A stretch of DNA of 64,000 nucleotides from an uncultured Chloroflexia bacterium (GTDB lineage Bacteria > Chloroflexota > Limnocylindria > Limnocylindrales > CSP1-4). The notes beneath the pieces were generated by a model, which had not been told where the DNA came from, ran no database searches, and saw only the letters and a list, made by a program, of their open reading frames with translations. This document shows, one piece after another, positions 26,795 to 38,700 of the stretch. Each line of letters starts with the position of its first letter. Position 1 is the stretch's first letter. The stretch spans positions 154,500-218,499 of the forward strand of contig CAVYIM010000004.1 of NCBI GenBank assembly GCA_963768655.1. Reading direction: 5' to 3'. The translations under genes and the position numbers were made by a program.

Positions 26795-29700
26795 GTGTTG
26801 GCGAGACGTCCCGCCCTTGCTGTAGCGGCGGCCGTGCTGCTTCTTGGTGGCCTGCCGCTTTCGGGAATCGTGCCCTCACGGGTGCTGGCAGGCGCCTCCA
26901 CGACGCCCGTTTCGCGGTCAATAGATGGGATGGAGGATTCAGGCCAGCCCTCGTCCTCGTCCACCCACGACGTTTCGCTGTCCACGCCCTGGACCGTCTT
27001 CGACACGGACGTGGACGTCGTCGGCGGGAATCTGTCCTTCGCCCAGCAGGACCTCACGATCCCCTCGATCGGCTTTGCCACCACCGTCGCCCGGACCTAC
27101 AACAGCGCGGCGGCGAACGTGAACGGACCCTTCGGCTACGGCTGGTTCTGGACCTACGGGCTCAGCGTCGCGGCGGCCTCGGGTGGCGTCGATGTGGCTC
27201 GGGCAGACGGCCGCGTCGACTTCTACGCCAGCAACTCCTCGGGCTACACGCCCCCGGCGGGCATATACGACACCCTCGCGGACACCGCGGGCGGCGGTTG
27301 GACTCTCACCCTGGTCGACCAGATGGTCTACACCTTCGCCGCGGACGGCAGCCTCACGAGTGAGTCCGACCCCAACGGCAACACAGCCACCCTCGCCTAC
27401 ACCAACGGGCTTGTCTCGAGCCTGACCGACACCGCCGGCCGGACCTGGACCTTCATCGCCGCTCCCGACGGCGTCCACGTCGGCGAAGTCGACGACCCGG
27501 CCGGACGCAAGGTCGACTACTCCTACAGCACCGCCGGCGATCTGGTCGGCGTGACCGATGCCACAGGCGCGTCCGAGACGCTCGCCTATGTGAGCCACGA
27601 TCTCACGAGCCTGACCGACGCGAACGGCAACGCGACTACCTACGTCTACAACTCGGGCGGCAGCGTCGCCTCAGTGACCGACGCCCTCTCGCACGCCACG
27701 TCCTTTGCCTACAACCCCGGTTCGCTGCGCACGACCGTCACCGATCCGCGCGGCAACAGCCACTCCTACAGCTACGATCCGACGTCGCGAGTCACCGTCC
27801 TGACCGACGCCCTGGGCGCGTCGGAGTACTGGACCTGGGACAGTTCGAACGATCGCATCTCGGTCATGGATAGGCGCGCCGACGTGACCTCGTATGCGTA
27901 CGATGCCGCGGGCAACATCACCGGCGTGACCGATGCGAACGGCGGCACCGCGAGCGCCGCCTACGACGCGGACAACCACCCGCTTTCACGCACCGATGCC
28001 CTGGGCCGGACCACCACTTACGGCTACGACGGCAACGGGAACCTGACCTCGATCACCGATCCGAACAGCGGCGTGACGGCTTACGGCTACGACAGCTACG
28101 GCGAGCGCACCTCCTCCACCGACGCCGATCACAACACGACCACCTACGGCTACGACGCGGTGGGCAACCTCACCTCGGTCAGCGATGCCCTCAGCGAAAC
28201 GACCACCTACGAGTACGACAGCGCCGGGCGGCAGACACGCATCACCGACCCTGACGGCCGCATCACGCGCTTCACCTACGACGCGCTCGGACGCGAGCTA
28301 TCGACCACGGACGGCGCGGGCGGCGTCACCAGCTGGACCTACGACGCGGTTGGCAACCGCCTGACCCAGCGCGATCCGGACGGCAACGTCACCCACTTCG
28401 CCTACGACGCCGCGAACCACCTGATCAGCACGACCGACGCCCTGGGCCATATCACTACGCTCGGCTACGACGCCAACGGCAACCGCACCTCGGCGGCCGA
28501 TCCTCTGGGCGATACCACGACCACGCAGTACGACCTCGACAACCGGGCCACCAAGGTCATCGACCCCAACAGCCACGCGACCACAACCGCCTACGACGCG
28601 GTCGGCAACCGGGCCTCGGTCACCGACGCCAACGGCCACATCACTTCGTTCACGTACGACCGACTCAACCGCCTGGTGGGCGTCACCGATCCTGCGGGCG
28701 GACACGCCGCCTACACCTACGACGCTGTCGGGAACATGACGAACGTGACCGATCCCAACGGCCACACGACCACGACCACATATGACGTCCTGAACCGCGC
28801 GGTGTCGGAGATCGACCCGCTCACACACGTGCAGTCGAGCACGTACGACGCGGTGGGCAATCTACTGACCCAGACCGACGCCAACGGCGTCACCACCAGC
28901 TACGCCTACGACGCGGCGAACCGGCTGCTCAGCGCGACCTACGCCGAAGGCGGGGTCAGCTACACGTACGACGGGGCGGGGGATCAGGTAAGTGTCACCG
29001 ACGCCGGAGGCACGACGAGTTACACATACGACGGCGCGCGACGGCTGCTCACCAACACGTCGAACGCCGGCACGGTGTCCGCGACCACCGTGACCTACAC
29101 GTACGACGCCGCAGGCAACCTGAAGTCGCTGCAGAACCCCGACGGCACGACCACCCACTACGGCTACGACGCCGACAACCGTCAGGCCTCGGTAACCGAC
29201 TCCAACGGACACGTCAGCTCGTTCGGCTACGACAACGCCGGCCGGCGCATCACCGAGGATCTGCCCAACGGCACCCATGGCGTCTGGGCCTACGACGCCG
29301 CCTCGCAGGTCACTTCGATCACCTGGACCGGCCCCGCGAGCCAGACCCTCTCCACGATCAAGTACAGCTACGACCCCGTCGGCAACAAGACCGAGATCGA
29401 CGACAACAGCGGCAAGAACGGCTTCAGCTATGACGCGCTCGACCGGCTGGTCTCGGCCTCGTACGGCGGCCGCGGCGTCAACGTCACCTACGCCTACGAC
29501 CCAGCTGGCAACCGGACGTCGATGACGGTCAGCGGTATCACCACGACCTACACGTACGATGCCGCCAACCGCCTGCTCAGCGTGAACGGGAGCCAGGTCA
29601 CCTCCGACGGCAACGGGAACGTGCTGGTCCTCGGCAGCCAGAGCTTCGCCTACGACTCACGCAACCGCCTCGTGGAGGCAGTGACCGGGTCGGTGACCGA

Positions 29701-32700
29701 GCACTTCGCCTATGACGGCGCCGATCAGCGCGCGAGTACCTCGGTCAACGGCGCGGCGACCAGCTACGCCTACGACGAGCATGGCCAGCTGGCCCAGGTC
29801 GTCACCGAGTCGGGCTCGGCCGCCAGTCATGTCTATGGCCTCGATGGTCAGGTCCTTTGGGATGTCTCGAGCGACCAGGGCACGACCTACTACCAGCAGG
29901 ACGCGATGGGCTCGACGACCATGCTCACCGCGGCGGACGGCTCGGTGAGTGGAACGCGTTACTACGACGCCTTCGGCTCGCCGGTCTCGGCGCAGGTTGG
30001 TTCGGGTTCCTATTGGTATGACGGCCAGCAGTACGACGAGAACAGCGGCCTGATCTACCTCCGTGCCCGTTACTACGACGCCGCCCTCGGCCGCTTCCTC
30101 TCGCCCGACACGGCCACGCCTGACTACGCCGACACGCAGTCGCTGAACCAGTACGTCTTCGCCCAGAACAACCCTCTGCGGTTCGAGGACCCGAGCGGGA
30201 AGTTCCTGCAAGTGCTGCTGGGCGCTGCGATCGGAGCGGCAGTCGGCGCTACTGCGGACGTAGGCATGACCTTGCTCACCGATTATGTCTCCAACGGCGG
30301 GCATTTCTCCGATGACCTCGGCGCGAAGGTAGCTGGCGCGGCCGTGTCGGGCGCCATCGAGGGCGGCATCGACGTTGGCCTCGCGACGGCGACTGGCGGA
30401 GCATCCCTTGTCGCCGGTAGCCTCGGGAGCGGCGTGGCAGACGCGGCGGGTTACGCGACAACCGCGGCGCTGGACGAGTACTTCTACCACAAGCCCACTA
30501 CAACATCTGATCTAGTGACCGGCATTGCTGTGCATGGAGTCTTGGGGATGGCCGAAGGTGGCCTATCGCAGGGCATTGCCGATCGCCTCGTCCCAAATAC
30601 CTCATCTGTCCTGAACTCGTTGGTGTCGGGCACGGTAAGCGGCCTGTTCGAGGGCGTCGAGGGCTATTTCGAGAACCCGACCGCCTTGGCTCCCGGTGAG
30701 CTCGCCAGCCCCGCTGGCGGACAGTGGCGCGGCTTCGGCGCGGGCGGTGGTGGCGCTGCATGGGGTAGCGGTGGCGTCAGCGGAGGCGGCGGTGCCTACG
30801 TGCCAGCCACTTTCAGTCCCACGCCGCCCACGATGCCGGAGCCGAGCGGGCCGGTTGTGCTGGTGTGCGATGGAGCCAATTTCTCGCCCAGCTGCGTCGA
30901 CCTTGCCCCCGGGGCGTACGCGGACCTGTCCGTGTTCGGGATGGACAAGCGGATCACGTCCTTCCGGGCCTCCGGCTACCAGGTCACGCTCTTCGATCAG
31001 CTCAATTTCGGGGGCAACGCCACCTACTACAGCGGCGACGTGGCCCAGCTGGCAGCTGGCCTGGACAACACGGCCCGCTCAATCCGAATTCTGCCGGTCG
31101 CCTCCGGCTCCTGGTCGCAGGTGACTCCGTCCGGTTTGATTCCTCTCGCCCGCTACGGTGGCGTCTCGGTCTGGGATCCCACCGACAAGGTCCAGCTCGT
31201 CTTCGGCGGCAATGGCTCTGGTATCGGCTTCCTCAACGACATGTGGGCCTACAGCCCGGCGGCCAGCACCTGGAGCCAGCTCCTGCCCGCCTCCGGGTCG
31301 CCGACGACGAGCTTCGGCTATTACGCCCGTGGCGCCTGGGATAGCGCCGATGGCGAGCTGCTCCTGTGGGGCAATGACTGCACCTCTACGTGCGTGAGCC
31401 AGCTCTGGAGCTTCGTGCCGAGCACCCGGATCTGGACCAAGTTGAGCCCCACCGGCACCGCGCCCGGAGCGGGCTATCCCGTCGTCTGGGATACGGTGGG
31501 CAAGCGGCTCCTCGTCGTCGACTCTTCGGGCAACGTCACCGCCTACAGCCCCACCACCAATGCCTGGGCGGCGCTCACCACCGGGACGACAAAGCCGTCG
31601 AACAACTTGGGTGTGGCCTGGGATAGCACCGATGGGATCGTGCTCCAGTTCGGTGGCGGCAGGAGCTGCAACAATGGCAACTGCAACGATCTATGGGCCT
31701 ACTCGCCGGTCGCGGGCACCTGGACCCAGCTGACCGCGACCAACCCGCCTGGCCTGCGATCCAACGAGCAGCTCGTCTGGGACAGCGTCCACAACCAGTT
31801 GCTCGTCGTCGACGGCAGCAGCTACATCAACGGCATCTCGACCTACTACGACGACGTCTGGGCCTACAGCGTGGCCCAGAGCCGCTGGCAGCAGCTCACC
31901 GTCAGTGGCACGCATCCTGCGGCACGGTGGTATGCCGATCTAGTCTTCGATCCCACCGACGACATCGCTCTTCTCTTTGGCGGCTCCAGCTCCACGACCA
32001 GCTTCCTTGGCGATCTGTCGGCCTATCAGCCAACGGCTCTTACTCTGCCGACCGGGCCGATCTCGGGCGCTCCAAACGCCTGGAGCCCTGCTCCAACCAT
32101 TACCAGCCCTCTCGCCCGCTACGGTGGCGTCTCGGTCTGGGATCCCACCGACAAGGTCCAGCTCGTCTTCGGCGGCAATGGCTCTGGTATCGGCTTCCTC
32201 AACGACATGTGGGCCTACAGCCCGGCGGCCAGCACCTGGAGCCAGCTCCTGCCCGCCTCCGGGTCGCCGACGACGAGCTTCGGCTATTACGCCCGTGGCG
32301 CCTGGGATAGCGCCGATGGCGAGCTGCTCCTGTGGGGCAATGACTGCACCTCTACGTGCGTGAGCCAGCTCTGGAGCTTCGTGCCGAGCACCCGGATCTG
32401 GACCAAGTTGAGCCCCACCGGCACCGCGCCCGGAGCGGGCTATCCCGTCGTCTGGGATACGGTGGGCAAGCGGCTCCTCGTCGTCGACTCTTCGGGCAAC
32501 GTCACCGCCTACAGCCCCACCACCAATGCCTGGGCGGCGCTCACCACCGGGACGACAAAGCCGTCGAACAACTTGGGTGTGGCCTGGGATAGCACCGATG
32601 GGATCGTGCTCCAGTTCGGTGGCGGCAGGAGCTGCAACAATGGCAACTGCAACGATCTATGGGCCTACTCGCCGGTCGCGGGCACCTGGACCCAGCTGAC

Positions 32701-35700
32701 CGCGACCAACCCGCCTGGCCTGCGATCCAACGAGCAGCTCGTCTGGGACAGCGTCCACAACCAGTTGCTCGTCGTCGACGGCAGCAGCTACATCAACGGC
32801 ATCTCGACCTACTACGACGACGTCTGGGCCTACAGCGTGGCCCAGAGCCGCTGGCAGCAGCTCACCGTCAGTGGCACGCATCCTGCGGCACGGTGGTATG
32901 CCGATCTAGTCTTCGATCCCACCGACGACATCGCTCTTCTCTTTGGCGGCTCCAGCTCCACGACCAGCTTCCTTGGCGATCTGTCGGCCTATCAGCCAAC
33001 GGCTCTTACTCTGCCGACCGGGCCGATCTCGGGCGCTCCAAACGCCTGGAGCCCTGCTCCAACCATTACCAGCCCTCTCGCCCGCTACGGTGGCGTCTCG
33101 GTCTGGGATCCCACCGACAAGGTCCAGCTCGTCTTCGGCGGCAATGGCTCTGGTATCGGCTTCCTCAACGACATGTGGGCCTACAGCCCGGCGGCCAGCA
33201 CCTGGAGCCAGCTCCTGCCCGCCTCCGGGTCGCCGACGACGAGCTTCGGCTATTACGCCCGTGGCGCCTGGGATAGCGCCGATGGCGAGCTGCTCCTGTG
33301 GGGCAATGACTGCACCTCTACGTGCGTGAGCCAGCTCTGGAGCTTCGTGCCGAGCACCCGGATCTGGACCAAGTTGAGCCCCACCGGCACCGCGCCCGGA
33401 GCGGGCTATCCCGTCGTCTGGGATACGGTGGGCAAGCGGCTCCTCGTCGTCGACTCTTCGGGCAACGTCACCGCCTACAGCCCCACCACCAATGCCTGGG
33501 CGGCGCTCACCACCGGGACGACAAAGCCGTCGAACAACTTGGGTGTGGCCTGGGATAGCACCGATGGGATCGTGCTCCAGTTCGGTGGCGGCAGGAGCTG
33601 CAACAATGGCAACTGCAACGATCTATGGGCCTACTCGCCGGTCGCGGGCACCTGGACCCAGCTGACCGCGACCAACCCGCCTGGCCTGCGATCCAACGAG
33701 CAGCTCGTCTGGGACAGCGTCCACAACCAGTTGCTCGTCGTCGACGGCAGCAGCTACATCAACGGCATCTCGACCTACTACGACGACGTCTGGGCCTACA
33801 GCGTGGCCCAGAGCCGCTGGCAGCAGCTCACCGTCAGTGGCACGCATCCTGCGGCACGGTGGTATGCCGATCTAGTCTTCGATCCCACCGACGACATCGC
33901 TCTTCTCTTTGGCGGCTCCAGCTCCACGACCAGCTTCCTTGGCGATCTGTCGGCCTATCAGCCAGTCGGCATGCCTGGAGCACCGAGCGGAGTCGTCGCC
34001 ACGCGCGGCAACACCACCGCGAGCATCTCCTGGGTGGCGCCGGTCTGGACAGGCGGGACTCCGATTACCGGCTACACGGTTACGAGCGCTCCTGCCGGCT
34101 TGACCTGCACCACCACCGGGGCGACCACCTGCACCGTCTCCGGCCTTTCCAACGGCACCTCCTACACGTTCACCGTCACGGCGACCAACCTGATGGGGAC
34201 CGGTCCCGCCTCAGCGCCGTCCGCGGCAGTCATACCGGCCACACTGCCGGCCGCGCCGACGGGTGCGACCGCGCAGCGTGGGAACGCCTCCGCCCTTGTC
34301 AGCTGGACCGCGCCGTCGAGCACCGGCGGGATCCCGATCACCGGGTACACCGCTACCAGCTATCCGGGCGGGCTGACGTGCGCGACGACCGGCGCGACCT
34401 CGTGCACCGTCTCCGGCCTGACGAACGGCACTTCGTACGCGTTCACCGTCGCAGCCACCAATGACGTCGGGACTGGGCCGGCGTCGGCGGCCTCTTCGCC
34501 TGTCATTCCGGCTGCCCTGCCCGGACCTCCGACCGGAGTCGCCGCCACGAGCGGACCGACATCGGCCAGCGTGATGTGGACGGCGCCGGCGGTCACGGGC
34601 GGCAGCCCGATAACCGGCTACACCGTCACGAGCTTGCCCGGGGCAAAGACCTGCACAACGACCGGCGCGAAGACGTGCACCGTGACCGGCCTCACCAACG
34701 GCACCGCCTACACGTTCACAGTCACGGCGACGAACCTCGTGGGCACCGGCCTGCCGTCGGCGCCTTCGGCGGCCGTTACGCCGCTTGGGCCACCGGCGGC
34801 CCCGACGGGCGCTACCGCCACTCGAGGCAACGCTTCGGCCGTTGTCTTCTGGACGGCACCCAGCGACAACGGCGCGAGCCCGATTACCGGCTACACGGTG
34901 ACGAGCTCTCCGGACAGCCAGACCTGCACCTGGACGAGCGGACCGCTCTCCTGCACCGTGATGGGCCTGACCAACGGCACGGCCTACACGTTCACCGTCA
35001 CTGCAACCAACAGCGTTGGGACCGGCCCGGCTTCGAGCCCGTCCGCCGCCGTGACGCCTGCCACGACGCCCGACCCGCCCAGCGGAGTCACCGGTACCCG
35101 GGGTAACACCTCGGTGCTCGTGTCGTGGACTGCGCCGTACAGCGGCGGCAGCCCGATCACGGGGTACACCGTTACGAGCTCTCCATACTCCCAGAACTGC
35201 ACCAGTACCGGTGCCACGATGTGCACCGTGACCGGTCTGACCAACGGTCAGGCTTACACGTTCACCGTAACCGCCACCAACGCGGTTGGGACCGGGCCGG
35301 CGTCCGCCTCCTCAGATCCAGTCACACCCGCAACCCTTCCTGGCGCGCCCAGCGGAGTCATCGTCGCCCCCGCCGATGCTGCGGTTACGGCGTGGTGGAC
35401 CGCCCCATCGAGCGACGGCGCGAGCCCCATCACGGGCTACACGGTCACGAGCTCGCCTGGCGGCCTGACGTGCACCACGACGGGCGACCTCACCTGCACC
35501 GTGACCGGCCTGACCAACGGTCAGCCGTACACCTTCACCGTCACGGCCACGAACGACGTCGGGGTCGGGCCTGCATCGGCAGCGTCGCTGGCGGTGACTC
35601 CCGTCACGGTCCCAGACGTCCCGACCGGCGTGGCGGCAACTCGTGGCAACGGCGAAGTCCTCGTGTCGTGGACCGCCCCGGCCGATACGGGCGGCCTGCC

Positions 35701-38700
35701 GATCACTGGCTACGTTGCCATCTCTGATCCCGACGGAGACACGTGCTCGACGACCGGCGCCACCAGCTGCATGGTGACCGGGCTCACCAACGGCCAGGGA
35801 TACACGTTCACTGTCCTGGCTGCCAATGACGTCGGAGTCAGCGATCCGTCGGATCCTTCCACCTCCGTGACACCCGACGCCGTGCCCGATCCACCAACAG
35901 ACGTGATCGCCACCGCCGGCGACTCGTCCGCCAGCGTCACATGGTCGGCCCCATCCGACAACGGGACCATCATCACCGCCTACACGGTCACGAGCTCGCC
36001 CGATGGCTGGACCTGCGCCACTACGGACGAGCTCACCTGCGTTGTGACCGACCTGTCCAACGGCACGGCCTACACCTTCACCGTAACCGCATCGAGTGAC
36101 GCCGGGCCTGGCCTGCCATCGGCGCCTTCGGCCCCGATCACGCCGGCCGCGCTCCCCGACGCACCTACAGATGTGACTGCCGCGCCAGGCAATGGTTCAG
36201 CCCTGGTGAGCTGGACCGCACCCTCGGACAACGGCTCTCCGATCACTGGCTACACCGTGACAAGCTCGCCTGACGGCAAGACCTGCGCCTGGACAAGCGG
36301 GCCACTCTCCTGCGCCGTGACCGGCCTCACAAACGGGACCGCCTACAGCTTCACCGTAACCGCGACCAACGGTGTCGGGACGGGCTCTTCTTCTGCGGCG
36401 TCGAGCAAGGTCACTCCCGCCACTGCGCCGGGTGCACCGACGGGAGTGAGCGGTGTCCGCGGGAACGGCTCGGTTCTGGTTTCCTGGACCGCGCCGGCAT
36501 CAGATGGTGGCGCCGCCATCACGCTCTACACCGTGACGTCGTCGCCGGGCTCGAAGACCTGTACCTGGGCGACGGGGTCGCTCTCCTGCACCGTCACCGG
36601 ACTCACCAACGGCACCGCCTACACCTTCACCGTGACGGCGACTAACGGCGTCGGCACCGGTCTAGCCTCGGCCGCCTCGAACAGCGTCACCCCGGCCACG
36701 GTGCCGGGGGCGCCGACTGCCGTGGCCGCCACCCGCGGAAACGCCTCGGCGGTGGTCTCCTGGACCGCGCCAGCATCGAATGGCGGCAGCGTCATCACGC
36801 TCTACACCGTGACAAGCTCGCCCGACGGCAAGACCTGTACATGGACGAGCGGGCCGCTCTCCTGCACCGTGTCCGGCCTGACCAACGGCACCGCCTACAC
36901 CTTCACCGTAACCGCCACCAACGGCGTCGGTACAGGGGCCCTGTCTACCGCTTCGGCATCGGTCACTCCTGCCACGGTGCCCGGCGCTCCCACCGGCGTG
37001 ACGGCCACGCGAGGGAACGCCTCGGCTCTCGTGTCCTGGACTGCTCCAGGCTCGAATGGTGGAGTTGCCATCACCGGCTACGCCGTGACGTCCACTCCTG
37101 ACTCGAAGACGTGCACCTGGACCACCGGTGCTCTCTCCTGCACCGTGTCGGGCCTGACCAACGGCACGGCCTACACCTTCAGCGTGACCGCCACCAACAG
37201 CGTCGGGACCGGTCTGGCCTCGGCCGCCTCGAACAGCGTCACTCCGGCCACCGTGCCCGGTGCGCCCACCGCGGTCAGTGCCACCCGGGGCAACGCAGCC
37301 GCCACTGTCTCCTGGAGCGCGCCAGCCTCAACTGGCGGCAGCGCCATCACTGCCTACACCGTGACAAGCTCCACTGGGTCGAAGACCTGCACCACCGCCG
37401 GTGCCGTCAGCTGCACCGTCACCGGACTCACCAACGGCACCGCCTACACCTTCACCGTGACGGCGACTAACGGCGTCGGCACCGGCGCTGCGTCCGCCGC
37501 TTCGGCGTCGGTGACACCGGCCACCTTCCCAGGCGCTCCCACCGCCGCGACCGCGACGCGCGGCAACACGTCTGCCACCGTGTCCTGGACGGCAGGGGCG
37601 ACCAATGGCGCGGCGATCTCTGCTTATCAGGTGATCGCCAAGCCGGAGGGTGAATCCTGTACCACCACCGGTGCTCTCTCCTGTACCGTGTCGGGTCTGA
37701 CCAACGGCACCGCCTACACCTTCACCGTAACCGCCACCAACAGCGTCGGGACCGGTCTGGCCTCGGCCGCCTCGAACAGCGTCACTCCGGCCACCGTGCC
37801 TGGTGCACCGACGGCCGTCACCGTCACCCGCGGCAACGCCGCGGTGCTCGTGTCCTGGACCGCCCCGTCAGCCAACGGCAGTCCCATCACCGCCTACACG
37901 GTCACGAGCTCCACTGGCTCCAAGACCTGTACCACCACCGGTGCTCTCTCCTGCACCGTGTCCGGCCTGACCAACGGCACCGCCTACACCTTCACCGTCA
38001 AGGCCACCAACAGCGTCGGTACAGGGGCCGCGTCGGCGGCCTCCGCATCGGTGACACCCACGACCGTGCCCGGCTCACCGACGGCCGCCACGGCCGTCCG
38101 AGGCAACGCCGCGGCTGCCGTGTCCTGGACCGCCCCGTCGGTCACCGGCTCCAGCTCGATAACCGGCTACACCGTCACCAGTTCGCCTGGCTCCAAGACC
38201 TGTACCACCACCGGTGCTCTCTCCTGTACCGTGTCGGGTCTGACCAACGGCACCGCCTACACCTTCACCGTAACCGCCACCAACAGCGTCGGGACCGGTC
38301 TGGCCTCGGCCGCCTCGAACAGCGTCACTCCGGCCACCGTGCCTGGTGCACCGACGGCCGTCACCGTCACCCGCGGCAACGCCGCGGTGCTCGTGTCCTG
38401 GACCGCCCCGTCAGCCAACGGCAGTCCCATCACCGCCTACACGGTCACGAGCTCCACTGGCTCCAAGACCTGTACCACCACCGGTGCTCTCTCCTGCACC
38501 GTGTCCGGCCTGACCAACGGCACCGCCTACACCTTCACCGTCAAGGCCACCAACAGCGTCGGTACAGGGGCCGCGTCGGCGGCCTCCGCATCGGTGACAC
38601 CCACGACCGTGCCCGGCTCACCGACGGCCGCCACGGCCGTCCGAGGCAACGCCGCGGCTGCCGTGTCCTGGACCGCCCCGTCGGTCACCGGCTCCAGCTC

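Noticed and set aside
26592-26921. Small minus-strand ORF upstream of, and overlapping, the start of the giant gene (C-terminal ...ERRLAQALAVAPLLRLRAALE).
   Set aside because: It has no SD or family motif, and it overlaps the well-supported giant-gene start. Its composition is typical of a GC-rich shadow frame.
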